A stretch of 64,000 nt of DNA, taken from positions 11,070 through 75,069 of the forward strand of contig NIVC01003824.1 of NCBI GenBank assembly GCA_002269645.1, in the 5' to 3' direction. Below, piece by piece: positions 1 through 11,561 of the stretch; position 1 is the stretch's first letter, and the number at the start of each line of letters is the position of its first letter. Position numbers and translations under genes: made by a program. The notes beneath the pieces are model-generated. The model made no database searches. It worked only from the letters and a program-made list of their open reading frames with translations, and had not been told where the DNA came from. This DNA comes from Macrostomum lignano (lineage: Eukaryota).

Positions 1-72
1 CTTACTACTGAATAAAATGTGTGAGTAGTACGTTAACACTTTTATGTCTTTTTTTACGGGAGGTAGAACACT

Positions 73-202
73 CTACAGGTGAACTGAAGCAATGCAGAGA
101 TAAGTGTTCTTCTCAAGGACACAAATGTTCCGAGTGGATCGAGAATTCAACCCCGACATTTCATCCGTGAGTCCGACCTCCAACCACTAGGCTACAGTCC
201 CC
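73..202 (-). mobile_element. tRNA-derived SINE, partial copy (head plus conserved central domain)
   Basis: The reverse complement of ~135-202 reads GGGGACTGTAGCCTAGTGG...GGGGTTGAATTCTCG (A box and B box). The adjoining GGTGAACTGAAGCAATGCAGAG...GACACAA is shared with the copy at 41002-41327. Confidence 0.75.
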
Positions 203-1224
203 TTGGATCTTGGGTGTTGGGTGTAGCCGTGGGTGGTGTCAGGAAAAGATTCTAAAAATCACACATGATCGACACAAGCATGCAGAATTTTTTTCTTATT
301 CCATTCGTTATTCCTGCATCTAAAATTCGAAGAGATTATTCCAGAGAAAATTATCCTGAATCAGGTGCGCACGAAGATTTCAAATGTTTAAAGACACATC
401 TAGGCGTGATTCAAATTGTTTGACGCGCGGTAGCTTTTGGTGTCTTTGAAGTCCCTGTCGTGGCGCAGCCGGAAAATTGTTCAGGAGGCGGATTCTAGAA
501 TCTATAATTGCTAGCTGAGGAGGCGGGCCTTTGTATTTTGGCGAAAATTCGCTGGGTCCCCCTTTTATATTTTTCAGGTGTTTACTGAAAAGTAGGGCTT
601 TTTTCAGGTCCAGAAGCGGCTCTAAGCGCTTGCTTTGACCACAAGCTTTCAAACGAATCCGAAAGTGCTTCCTGACGTCGTGTCTCGATTAGTAGTCGCA
701 GAACCGCAACTGGGACCGCCAACTTTATACAGCAGCACAGATAAACAGAGATGTAGCTCCCGGTAAATTCTCAAGCACGTGGTGTGGGTTTAATAAACAG
801 TCAGCTACAATGTACATGTAGCTAGCCAAGATATATGTTGCATGCCCCCCCCCCCCCAAAAAAAACTCTTTTGGCCATGAAGTCGGTTCAGGACTCGCTT
901 CTTGGCCGATTTCTTGGCCATAGACAGTGCGTGCTATTGGGGGTACCGGCCGGTATTTATCGTACATTTCATCCTAAGCATGGCACAGCCCAGAAACCCT
1001 CCCGAAAGTTGTCTGTATGACTGTGAGGATTTTTGGATAAAGTGAAGGCTATAAACTTTTTTGACCGTGTCTACAACGAAAGAAAAGGTTAGCTACTACT
1101 CGGCTGTTCAGCTAATTTAATACTACTATATGAACCCAGATCGGGGGTTTTTGCGAAGGTCCGTCGGGCTGATGTCGGCCTCTAGCACCGCGGCAAGGTG
1201 CTCCCTCGGGGTGTACCACCTCCC

Positions 1225-1335
1225 CTGGGGTGTACCTCCAGCAGGGTGGGCCTCCAGCGAGTGTACCTCCAGCGGGGTGGGCCTCCAGCGAGTGTACCTC
1301 CAGCGGGGTGTGCCTCCAGCGAGTGTACATCCGGC
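1225..1335. repeat. ~30-nt tandem repeat (CTCCAGCGAGTGTACCTCCAGCGGGGTGGG), about 3-4 copies
   Basis: Direct reading. The ORFs called over this region appear to be repeat-derived. Confidence 0.7.
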
Positions 1336-4300
1336 GGGGGATTCCCGCCCCTCCCACCAATGTCGTGTGCACGCGGTTAGTGTTGGGGGAACCCCGATGC
1401 TGACGCAGCCCTGTACAGTGAGCATGCAGGCCTCGGTGTACCAAGAGGCAGGGACAGAGGGGTACACTGAGTGCGCGGAGAGCCACCATCCCCCTGTAGC
1501 TGGGGACAGAAAACAGGCGGCCCCCTGTAGCAGGATGCGGGGGACAGGGAGCAGCCCTGTCGGAGGGGAACAGAGAGTGCGTGGAGGCAGTAAGGGATAG
1601 CTGCCCTGATATTCTTAACTAGGCCCCAACTACAGGCTGTAAGTTCGCCTCTCCGCACCGCGGCCCCCGAATCCATCCCGTGTAATCGGCTAGCTCAACA
1701 ACTGAACTTTATCCAGTTAATAAACAACGAATCTGAATAACCCATATTTATTCTTCGATCAATATGAGCTAGCCTAGCGTTATCTTGAATATTTGGCCCG
1801 CGGGGCGTAAAATAACCAGTTCTCGATCGACTCCGAGGCAAGTTCTGAGAATCTAACGGTCCGTAATACGTTAATTACGGTGATGGCAGCTCGTATGCTA
1901 CTCATAGTAAGCTTTAAAGCTAATGGACGTACATTGAATACGGTGTATGAGCCTGAACCACCGCGCCAAAGTAATGACCGCTTTGACTACGACTTCAACT
2001 ACTCCCCCCTGGAATTGAGGACCCCGGCAGACGGAGTAACCCGGTGGAAATAACGAGATTCGACTACCCGATTTCCCGGCTTTGAAATGCGAACTCAACG
2101 CAGGCGGCAGTTCAAAATACTAAATCGCACCACCTCGAGCTCGCTCTTTGCTGGCAACTTTGCTCTCGCTCGGTGTAAACCTAGGTACAGTACAGAGAGA
2201 CTATAGCGCTGCCTGCCGCCGTTTTCCCATTACTTTTCTCCGCCCCCACCTCATATATAACAATGTTGCCGAAATGGCGAAACTTACATCAGTTATTGCC
2301 AAAGGTTATCTGAAATCTGTCGCCAAAACGGCAAAACCAACAGGGACAGCAATTTGAACCATGTAAACCATGTAAACAGTTACATGTAGCACGTAGCACT
2401 AATTTATTTTATTATAGGCCTGAGTTTACCCTTTTGAAAGGGGTGAGTCATGAGTGTAAAAGGGAACTGGCGTCACGAGTCCCACTGACTGTCCCTCTAG
2501 GCCTAGCGATTAGCATATTTTATATTTGTCACCACGCTTCACTGCAGATGGTGCCAAAAATAGATGTATAGGCCTAGGTCTATAGATAGATGTTTTAAAA
2601 TCTTTTGCTATTAAACTATTAGTGGGGGTAAAGTTGAACAAATGCTTTTCTATCTGGAACAAAAGTGTGGGTCATAATTTTATACCAATTTGCAATTTAT
2701 CATTGGCAATGGCTTCTTATGACATAAGTTATGTATTGTTGTGCATGGCTTAAGCTATAGAAATAGGGCCTATAGTAGGCCTGTACAGTACAATGCTCTT
2801 AAGTTATATTATAGACTAATATTAATAAGCCTAGGTCTAAGATGTATGTAAGGGCCTAGGCCCTAGTTTGCATATTATTCTTAGTCTTATTAGTATAGGC
2901 CTAACTTTACAAAAAGTTATATTTTTGACTCAACTTTTAAACATTTTTATACTATTATTTTTTGTTTATCATTATTAGTAAAATATTTCTATATACCCAA
3001 TCCCCAATAATAATATTATGCTCTAATTCCTAATAATTGCACCATTGTTGCCAAGTTGTCTTGTCTTATACCTTGGTTTTAATTTCTAATGTGATACCTT
3101 GATTTCTAATAAGAATTGCCTGCTGAGATTTGCCTATAATGCAATTTGCCCACAAATAAATTGTCTGCCAAGGTTTGTCCACAATGCTATTTTCTTGCAA
3201 TAGATTTCCATGCAGTAGATTTTGTTTATATTGCTTCCCTAATGTTTAGTAAGTCTTAATAAAGAGATTTACCCAATCAAAACATTTAGGTAATAACTGC
3301 ATATCAAATGCATATTTTTAGAGAGGGGCAATACAAATAGAATCTAGCTGAAAAATATGCTATAGCTAAAAGTATTATAGGCAAACCTCAGTGAGAAACA
3401 TCTTGGCAGGCAATTAATTCACTTGCAGGAAAATTGCATTGCAAAAATATCTCTATAGCCAATTTGTTCATAGGCAAAATGTATTGCAGGCAAATCTTGG
3501 CAAGAAAAGCTTAGTAAGCAAATCTCAATGGGCAAATCTTTTGCGAACAATTTGTGTGTAAGTAATTCTCATAGACCTAGGATATAGGCCTACATTCTAA
3601 AAAAGATAAATTATTGCAATGTGTAATTTTTTATTCATCAAAGTTTTAAAGTTTTTGTAAGCATAAGTTGGTGTGCAAAAAATTTACCTGAGCTTAAAGT
3701 GGTATGCCAAGATAATACATTGGTATGCCAAAATCTTTAGAATAGAAATTTCTAGTGTACTAGTAACCTTGAAAAGTGTGGGCCAAGCTAAGGTAAGTTG
3801 CAATAATGCCCACCCCAAAAATAGACATAGTATACTAAGTAAATGATAAGGCATTTTGTCTTAATAATAGTCTTATTTATTCCCACCATTTACCCAAAAT
3901 TATGTTAATTTTGCTTAAGGTTTCTTTTATAGGTAAGAATTTTTGGTCAAAAAGTAATTATTTCCTTGCTTGTTCTCCTTTATCCCTTGTCTAATTTTTA
4001 TTGTTTTTTTCCAAACCCAGTTTTCTAATGCCATTATAAGTAGAATAGCATATTATTTGTCTGATTGCTCTTAGAGCCATAATCATGCAAATTGTAAAGG
4101 CATGCTATAAACTATTAGACCTCTTTTTGCATAAATTATTAAGTTTTGGTTATTCACAATTATAAATCATTTTTCATTGCTTGGTTTTACCTACCATTAA
4201 TGACTTGGTTGCTTCTTTGATGCAATGAGCTTCAAAGCTTTGTTTATACAGTATTATATAGTGTAAAATGCTTAGCTAATGATTGAAATATTTATATATC

Positions 4301-4653
4301 AACTTTGTTATTCCTAAGTATTTTGAATCTCAAAACCAAGTCTATTTTCTATTATTTGCTCTTGTGAACTTGCAATGTGTAGAGTATGGCAATAGCTAGG
4401 AGATAAATTTTAATAGTGTAAAGAGTTGTCTAAACCGGATTATTTCATGGTGAAAAGACCCCTGTTTCCACTGCAAATGCATTGACAGCAACTCCTGACA
4501 TGTGCCTAATGTGTGCAATATGCATGTTTATTAGTCATGGAACTTGTCAGAAAAATTATGCTAGAAGTGAAAAATAGCACAATCCCTTGTGCCAAACACT
4601 TGGGGTCACTTCTTATTCTTTAGAGTGTTCTTTTACTGCATCTTCCAGCTCAG

Positions 4654-6843
4654 ATGCCTCTGTTAGGCATACCCAGTCTGTTGTCACCTGAACTGCTCAA
4701 GTGCCTAGCAGAGATGGGCCATGGCGACACACTGGTACTGGCTGATGCCCATTTTCCTAGCCACAGCATTGCCCAGAAGGCCGGCTGTTCTGTCATTCGC
4801 TATGACGGTGTCGAAATGCCTCAACTATTGGAAGCCATCATGTCTGTGCTGCCTATTGATACCTATATTGAGAGTCCCATTGCACTCATGCAGGTTCGTT
4901 GCTTGCTTGGTGGTTATGTTGAGCCTGAGGGAGACTGGCAAAGTATGCGCGGGGAGACGGAGAGGGTGGGGAGATGGAGAGGGGTGAGAAGACGGAGAGG
5001 GGTGAGAAGACGGAGAGGGGTGAGGAGACGAAGAGGGATGGGAAGACGCAGAGGGGTGGGAAGATGGAGAGGGATAGAGGGATGGGAAGACAGAGAGGGG
5101 TGGGGAGATGGAAAGGGGGAGGGGGATGGAGAGGGGTGACAAGACGGAGAGGGATGGGGAGATGGAGAGGGGTGGGGAGATGGAGAGGGGTGGGGAGCTG
5201 GAGAGGGGTGGAGAGACGTTGAGGGGTGGGGAGTCGGAGAGGGTGGGAAGATGGAGAGGGATGGGAAGACGCAGAGGGGTGGGAAGATGGAGAGGGATGG
5301 AGAGACGGAGAGGGATGGGGAGACGGAGAGGGATGGGGAGATGGAGAGGGATGGGGAGACGGAGAGGGGTGGGGAGACGGAGAGGGATGGGGAGATGGAG
5401 AGGGGTGGGGAGATGGAGAGGGATGGGGAGACGGAGAGGGGTGGGGAGATGGAAAGGGGTGAGAAGACGGAGAGGGGTGGGGAGACGGAGAGGGGTGGGG
5501 AGATGTAGAGGGATGGGGAGCTGGAGAGGGGTGGGGAGATGGAGAGGGATGGGGAGATGGAGAGGGATGGGGAGACGGAGAGGGGTGGGGAGATGGAAAG
5601 GGGTGAGAAGACGGAGAGGGATGGGGAGATGGAGAGGGATGGGGAGATGGAGAGGGATGGGGAGACGGAGAGGGGTGGGGAGATGGAAAGGGGTGAGAAG
5701 ACGGAGAGGGGTGGGGAGACGGAGAGGGGTGGGGAGATGGAGAGGGATGGGGAGCTGGAGAGGGGTGGGGAGATGGAAAGGGGTGGGGAGCTGGAGAGGG
5801 ATGGGAAGACGGATAGGGGTGGGGAGATGGAGAGGGGTGGGGAGATTGAGAGGGATGGGGAGCTGGAGAGGGGTGGGGAGATGGAAAGGGGTGAGAAGAC
5901 GAAGAAGGATGGGGAGACGGAGAGGGGTGGGGAGATGGAAAGGGGTGAGAAGACGGAGAGGGATGGGGAGATGGAGAGGGATGGGGAGATGGAGAGGGAT
6001 GGGGAGACGGAGAGGGGTGGGGAGATGGAAAGGGGTGAGAAGACGGAGAGGGAATCAGGGATGGGGAGACGGAGAGGGGTGGGGAGATGGAAAGGGGTGA
6101 GAAGACGGAGAGGGATGGGGAGATGGAGAGGGGTGGGGAGATGGAGAGGGATGGGGAGATGGAGAGGGATGGGGAGACGGAGAGGGGTGGGGAGATGGAA
6201 AGGGGTGAGAAGACGGAGAGGGATGGAGAGACGGAGAGGGGTGGGGAGATGGAGAGGGATGGGGAGCTGGAGAGGGGTGGGGAGATGGAAAGGGGTGGGG
6301 AGCTGGAGAGGGATGGGAAGACGGATAGGGGTGGGGAGATGGAGAGGGATGGGAAGACGGAGAGGGGTGGGAAGATGGAGAGGGGTGGGGAGCTGGAGAG
6401 GGGTGGGAGATGGAAAGGGGTGGGGAGATGGAAAGGGGTGGAGAGATGAAAAGGGGTGGGGAGACAGGGCTGGGGAGATTGAGAGGGTGGGGAGACGGAG
6501 ATGGGTGGAGAGACGTTGAGGGGTGGGGAGTCGGAGAGGGTGGGAACTACATTTAGAACGGCTGTGGTGAGACAGTATGTGGAGGCATTAAGCATAATAT
6601 TTGAATTGGCAGGTTGAGCCATCAGACGCTGACAAATTCAGTCCCAACCCGCCAATCTGGTCGGACTATGCAAAAGTGCACCCGCACTTTAGCTTATTGA
6701 CCAGCAGCAGCGGCAAAAGTCGGGTGCAACTATTGCCTCGCGAACAGTTTTACAGAGCAGCGGAGAGGGCCTACTGTGTTGTCCATACGGGGGAGCTGGC
6801 CCAGTATGCTAACATCATTATCACCAAAGGCGTTGCTATTTGA
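4654..6843 (+). CDS. FUOM: L-fucose mutarotase (RbsD/FucU family); exons 4654-4893 and 6613-6843
   Basis: [35 protein letters not shown]...[15 protein letters not shown]|VEPSD...PIWSDY...[32 protein letters not shown] matches the FUOM motifs (LSPELL, MGHGD, LAD, FY..A, TGE...Y.N). Phase-0 GT..AG intron at 4894-6612. Confidence 0.93.
4945..6547. repeat. Purine-rich ~18-nt minisatellite (GGAGAGGGATGGGGAGAT variants) filling the FUOM intron
   Basis: Near-pure G/A strand with 18-nt periodicity. It explains all overlapping ERGGEM / PSPHPS ORFs. Confidence 0.95.
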
Positions 6844-7337
6844 AATTTAATCTAAGTCTGTTTAGCTATCGTAAAGTTCTACTACATTGCAATAATTGTT
6901 AAAATGCTCAGCTGGAGTTTATAAAGTTAACATGTGCACAAATCGAGAATAATAATATTTTCTACCGGTTCTAGTTTTTTCATTTTTTGTTGTACTTTTC
7001 TATCGACAAATTTACACTCTAAGCTAGATAATTAGTGCTTTTACTGTACCTATTTATCACCAATATAGGCAATATTATTATATATTTTTATACAAATTAA
7101 ACTGGTAACATTCTATATGATTAAGCATTGTATATTAATGCAGTTTGACTTTGGTTTTAAATTTCTAAGAATTTCTGCATTTGAATAGGCGCCATTTGAT
7201 TTCTAGTTTCCAACAAAGGTACCACAGGGAAGCTCAGCCATGCATTAATCATAGAATTGTTAAAATTGTAGTTTTACCACATTCAATAGAATGAATTGTG
7301 GCCAAGGTAATCTACCTGTAGGAAAGACCATCTAGAT

Positions 7338-7400
7338 CAGGGTTGGCAGACTTTTTACCTCAAGGGCCAGATCGAGAACCTGGCGCATGACTGTGGGCCA
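7338..7400 (+). mobile_element. Solitary hAT-Charlie-like terminus
   Basis: CAGGGTTGGCAGACTTTTT...AAGGGCCAGAT...TGTGGGCCAG resembles Charlie/MER58-type ends, and it is preceded by ATCTAGAT (NTCTAGAN, the Charlie target consensus). I found no matching second end or TSD. Confidence 0.45.
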
Positions 7401-7725
7401 GAGGAAGGGAGAGAGGAGAGAGAATAGAGAAGAGAAATAGGAGAAAGGAGAGAGAAGGGAAAGGAGGAAGAAAATAGAGGAAAAGGAGGAGAAAGGAAAG
7501 AGGAGGGAAAAGAGAGGAGAAGGGAGATGACAGGAGAGATAAGAAGAGAGGTGAGAGAAGAAAACTGAGAAGAGACACAAACCTTGAGCAGGCAGGACTG
7601 GTTGTACACCCTGTGTGAGCGTGTGTCTGTTCAGGGGTCAGGGGAGTGCTCATTACTGTTTGCCGGCAGTACCAACTGCCCTAATTAGGCAAAAGATTCG
7701 CTAAAACCAAGCCGAATAATTAACC

Positions 7726-8862
7726 TTGCTGGAGTCTGTATTCGATTCGCTTCATCTGTCCGGCGCTCGAGCCGTCTCGGGCCTACAGACCGGCTTGATG
7801 CCGCTGGCCCAGCCTCTAATGCTGCTATCTGATTTTGGGCATCCCGTCAGCGCATTTATAATTGCTTTCCCATTGTGCTACGCATTGAACTCGCACCTGG
7901 GCCTCACGGTATTGTGGTCGGCCGCTTTCTCCGAGTGGCTCAATGGCTTGTTAAAATGGGCTCTGCACGGAGAGCGGCCCTATTGGTGGGTTGGCGAGCG
8001 GCTGCGCCAAGTGAATCTCACTCTGGCCCAGTTTCCTCAGACCTGCGAGACTGGCCCGGGGTCTCCGTCCGGTCACTGCATGGTGGCAGCGGCCTCCTGG
8101 TACATCCCTGTGCTGTACGCCAGCCAGAGCTTGCCAACCAAGTCCAGGTTGGCTGTCAGATACGCCTACTTTGCTGGCATCACCGCCCTGGGCGTGTCGC
8201 GCTGTTTCTTAGCAACTCACTTTCCGCATCAGGCTGTTGGCGGAGTGATCACCGGCTGTCTGCTGTCAATTGTGGCCGTGAAAATGGGTAGCCAGATACT
8301 TCGCCCGTTTGCTCTGCTATTGTTGGCCTTCCTAATGTTCAGCAGCTCCCTGGGTGTTAGTCACTGTCTGCGTCAGCTGGGCCTCGATCCCGACTGGTCC
8401 ATCCGGCTGGCCGAACGGCACTGCGCCAGCTCGGAGTGGGTTAGCATTGACACTACGCCGCTATTCAGCATCCACCGCGATATTGGTGCCATCCTTGGCG
8501 CCGCTTTCTCCAGCTTCCTGGCCAGCCTGCTGCCTGTTCCGGCTCCTAGTAGAACCGTGACTAAGTGCTTCGCAGGATTCTTGTCAATGTGCGCCTGCGT
8601 ATTGTTGGAGAAGCGATTCCAGCCGAAGCCAGGCTTCTCCGATCTACAGACTTATCTGTTTGCCGCATTCAAGTACGCCCTGATGCCGCTGATTGTCACT
8701 ATTGTGCTGCCGGTGCTGGCAGCCAAGCTGGACTCGCGTCGGCTGGCTAGCGCAGGCCGCGGCAGTCACCACGCCGTCAGGCCACACGCTGCCAGACACG
8801 GTACCGCCACGGCTGCTGCCAAACCTGCCGGTAAACGGTCCGCTGCTAAGAAGGAGCGCTAG
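7726..8862 (+). CDS. G6PC: Glucose-6-phosphatase catalytic subunit-like (PAP2 family), intronless; start uncertain
   Basis: Motifs KWALHGERPYWW, CETGPGSPSGH and SRCFLATHFPHQ carry all the G6Pase catalytic K/R/H/R/H residues. Multiple hydrophobic segments and a C-terminal KKER (KKXX ER-retrieval signal). First in-frame ATG is at 7798; in-frame stop at 7717. Confidence 0.92.
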   Translation: MLESVFDSLHLSGARAVSGLQTGLMPLAQPLMLLSDFGHPVSAFIIAFPLCYALNSHLGLTVLWSAAFSEWLNGLLKWALHGERPYWWVGERLRQVNLTLAQFPQTCETGPGSPSGHCMVAAASWYIPVLYASQSLPTKSRLAVRYAYFAGITALGVSRCFLATHFPHQAVGGVITGCLLSIVAVKMGSQILRPFALLLLAFLMFSSSLGVSHCLRQLGLDPDWSIRLAERHCASSEWVSIDTTPLFSIHRDIGAILGAAFSSFLASLLPVPAPSRTVTKCFAGFLSMCACVLLEKRFQPKPGFSDLQTYLFAAFKYALMPLIVTIVLPVLAAKLDSRRLASAGRGSHHAVRPHAARHGTATAAAKPAGKRSAAKKER

Positions 8863-8936
8863 ATCGATTGTTGAATGCCTGGCGATCATTTATTAGAGCT
8901 CCTGCTTGCCTTGGCCTATAGTGAGACTCTTAGTGC

Positions 8937-9512
8937 CACATCTAATCCTGACTGTCAGACACATCTAAGCCTGACTGTCGGACACATCTAAGCCTGACTG
9001 TCAGACACATCTAAGCCTGACTGTCAGACACATCTAAGCCTGACTGTCAGACACATCTAAGCCTGACTGTCAGACACATCTAAGGCTGACTGTCAGACAC
9101 ATCTAAGGCTGACTGTCAGACACATCTAAGCCTGACTGTCAGACACATCTAAGCCTGACTGTCAGACACATCTAAGCCTGACTGTCAGACACATCTAAGC
9201 CTGACTGTCAGACACATCTAAGCCTGACTGTCAGACACATCTAAGCCTGACTGTCAGACACATCTAAGCCTGACTGTCAGACACATCTAAGCCTGACTGT
9301 CAGACACATCTAAGCCTGACTGTCAGACACATCTAAGCCTGACTGTCAGACACATCTAAGCCTGACTGTCAGACACATCTAAGCCTGACTGTCAGACACA
9401 TCTAAGCCTGACTGTCAGACACATCTAAGCCTGACTGTCAGACACATCTAAGCCTGACTGTCAGACACATCTAAGCCTGACTGTCAGACACATCTAAGCC
9501 TGACTGTCAGAT
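8937..9512. repeat. 23-nt tandem repeat (CCTGACTGTCAGACACATCTAAG), ~25 near-identical copies
   Basis: Direct reading. Each unit contains the palindrome CTGAC-T-GTCAG. Confidence 0.95.
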
Positions 9513-9994
9513 ATCTAATGTCAATTGCCAGGATGTCAGCCATTTCTATCTGTGACTGTCAGATATATTTGCGCCTCTGCTCTCTCTAAGTGGTTTTTTC
9601 ATTGTTTCCTTCAAAAACTCAAAATCTCAATTATCATATAGGTTTTAGTTTAAATTTAATTTTTTCCGAGTTGCAGTGTGAAATTTTGTTTTACTGATGT
9701 ATGTCTAATTGTCTGAGCAAACGGACCGTTTTTATACTGCTTTTAATTAATTTGCTTGTTTTGATAAATCAGACAATTTGTTAGTACATATAGTACTTTC
9801 ATATTTGTTAGCTAACTTCAAATTGATGTTACATTTAGCTTTAAGAATAATGTATCCTTAATTGCCTTAATTTTCTTAGTATCTTTCGTTTAAATAGTTA
9901 ATTTACGAGTATCCATAGATCTAAGAGTTGATAGACATTGATAAATAGATATAACTTCTGTGCAAGATGTACTACTTGTGTACACTCAGCAACC

Positions 9995-10286
9995 CATGGA
10001 TGAATAATATAACTGGATCGCCAGAAGCTTGGTTTTTTGGTCCTAGCCATTGACAAGCACCAGCATCACAAGAAGCTCAGAATGCCGTACTTTCACACAG
10101 ACAAATAGCCGCTGCAGAAGCTGCAAACCTTTATTTATAAGTATTCTATTTTATGTCCAAGCACATGCTCGCAATATATGCAGGGTGAAAGTACGGCATT
10201 CTGAGCTTCTTGTGATGCTGGTGCTTGTCAATGGCTGGGACCAGGAAACCAGGCTTCTGGCGATCCAGTTATATTATTCATCCATG
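9995..10286. mobile_element. 292-bp MITE with 102-bp TIRs and 8-bp TSD (hAT-like by TSD length)
   Basis: Arms 9995-10096 and 10185-10286 are reverse complements with 4 mismatches. CAGCAACC flanks both sides (9987-9994 and 10287-10294). Confidence 0.9.
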
Positions 10287-11561
10287 CAGCAACCAGGTTA
10301 AAAGAATTCTACCCGAAACCAGTTTTCTCGTAACTCTGCCACTGTCTCCTCAACAGCCTAAGCTGGGGCTTTGTGACGACACAGTTGCGATGACAAAGTG
10401 AATTTTGTCAACTGGGGATAATTTGACTACTGGTTTCGGGGTGAAAACTTGTGTGTTTTTAAATCTGTGTACTTTATCGAATTTTTTAAAGTTACCTTTG
10501 CTTTATTTGAAGTCCATGTTAGCTATTTGATTGTATGTAGCAACCTTTCTTCTTGATTTCTCTCTCTCCACTGGACCATTTTTTAGCGTATGCATTTCTT
10601 GTTGCTTGCCCGCTAAAAGATTTGGCTGCTTCTTTGCGTGACTCGGGCTAGGATCCGCGATGCTTGCAGAAAATGAACTAAAAAAGCAGTCGTAGCTATT
10701 TGTGATGATTCTTTACTGGGAAACGGCACTAAGGAAGCTAGATGAAAACCGTACCTACTAGACCAAGTCGCCTCAGAGTTGTTTTATAGTCGCTGCAGGT
10801 AACGCAGGTTAAATAGGAAAGAAATGGACTCGAGACAACTGTAAAAAAGCCGAAATGTCACGGTACGAGTACAAGGCGCAAAAAATGTCATCAAAGAGTC
10901 GCCTAGAAGAGTCAATTTGAGGCCTTTTATTGTCTGCGACTCTGAAACGACTCTGGGGCCGTAGAGTCATATTGAGACATGCCATAGTCGCTGTAGAATC
11001 ACTGAGTTGCGTCTAGAGGGCATTTGCGTCACTTTATGCATTAGAACCGCATTTCGCATTTATAACAACTCTATTTAGACTACTTGAGTCAGTAGAAAGT
11101 TAAGCGCTAACACAGACGACTTTTGGACGACTTTTTCACGACTCTCATGATTCTATAACTCACGTGATGGGCTCTTGTGACTCATCAGTCGCCTCTCCGT
11201 CGCATTGAAGTCGTTTGAGTCGTTAAAAAGTAAGAGTCGCCCCAGAGTCGTTTGAGTCACTATAGTGAGTTGTTTGCGATGAGATGACTCTTTGGCGATT
11301 CTTGTCACGGTAACGTTTTCAACAAAAAGCACTCGATCGGGATGATTCTGCTCTGGGAATCAGCAGAAGAAAAATCCGAAAACCTCAGGGATTTTCGTAT
11401 GATTCCAGCTACGTCAGAAGCAGAAGAAGAAGCACTTGATTTTTTAGCAAGATACCTGTCATATAACAAATAGCCTATTTGCTACCCTGTGTTAGTCTGT
11501 AAATGTTTTCCATCTAGAAGTTAAACGCTTTTTTGGACACCAATTATAGGATCGGAATAAA

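Noticed and set aside
1700-2360. Possible divergent minus-strand gene or short ORFs upstream of FUOM
   Set aside because: Some open frames and splice-like signals exist, but there is no recognisable homology or consistent exon chain.
4918-4925. GTTGAGCC in the FUOM intron, identical to the start of exon 2 (VEP)
   Set aside because: An 8-nt match with no acceptor and no continuing homology; most likely chance.
8937-9512. CRISPR-like appearance of regular arrays with internal palindromes (also 26575-28432 and 55050-62105)
   Set aside because: There are no unique spacers, the monomers are contiguous, no cas genes are present, and the context is eukaryotic.
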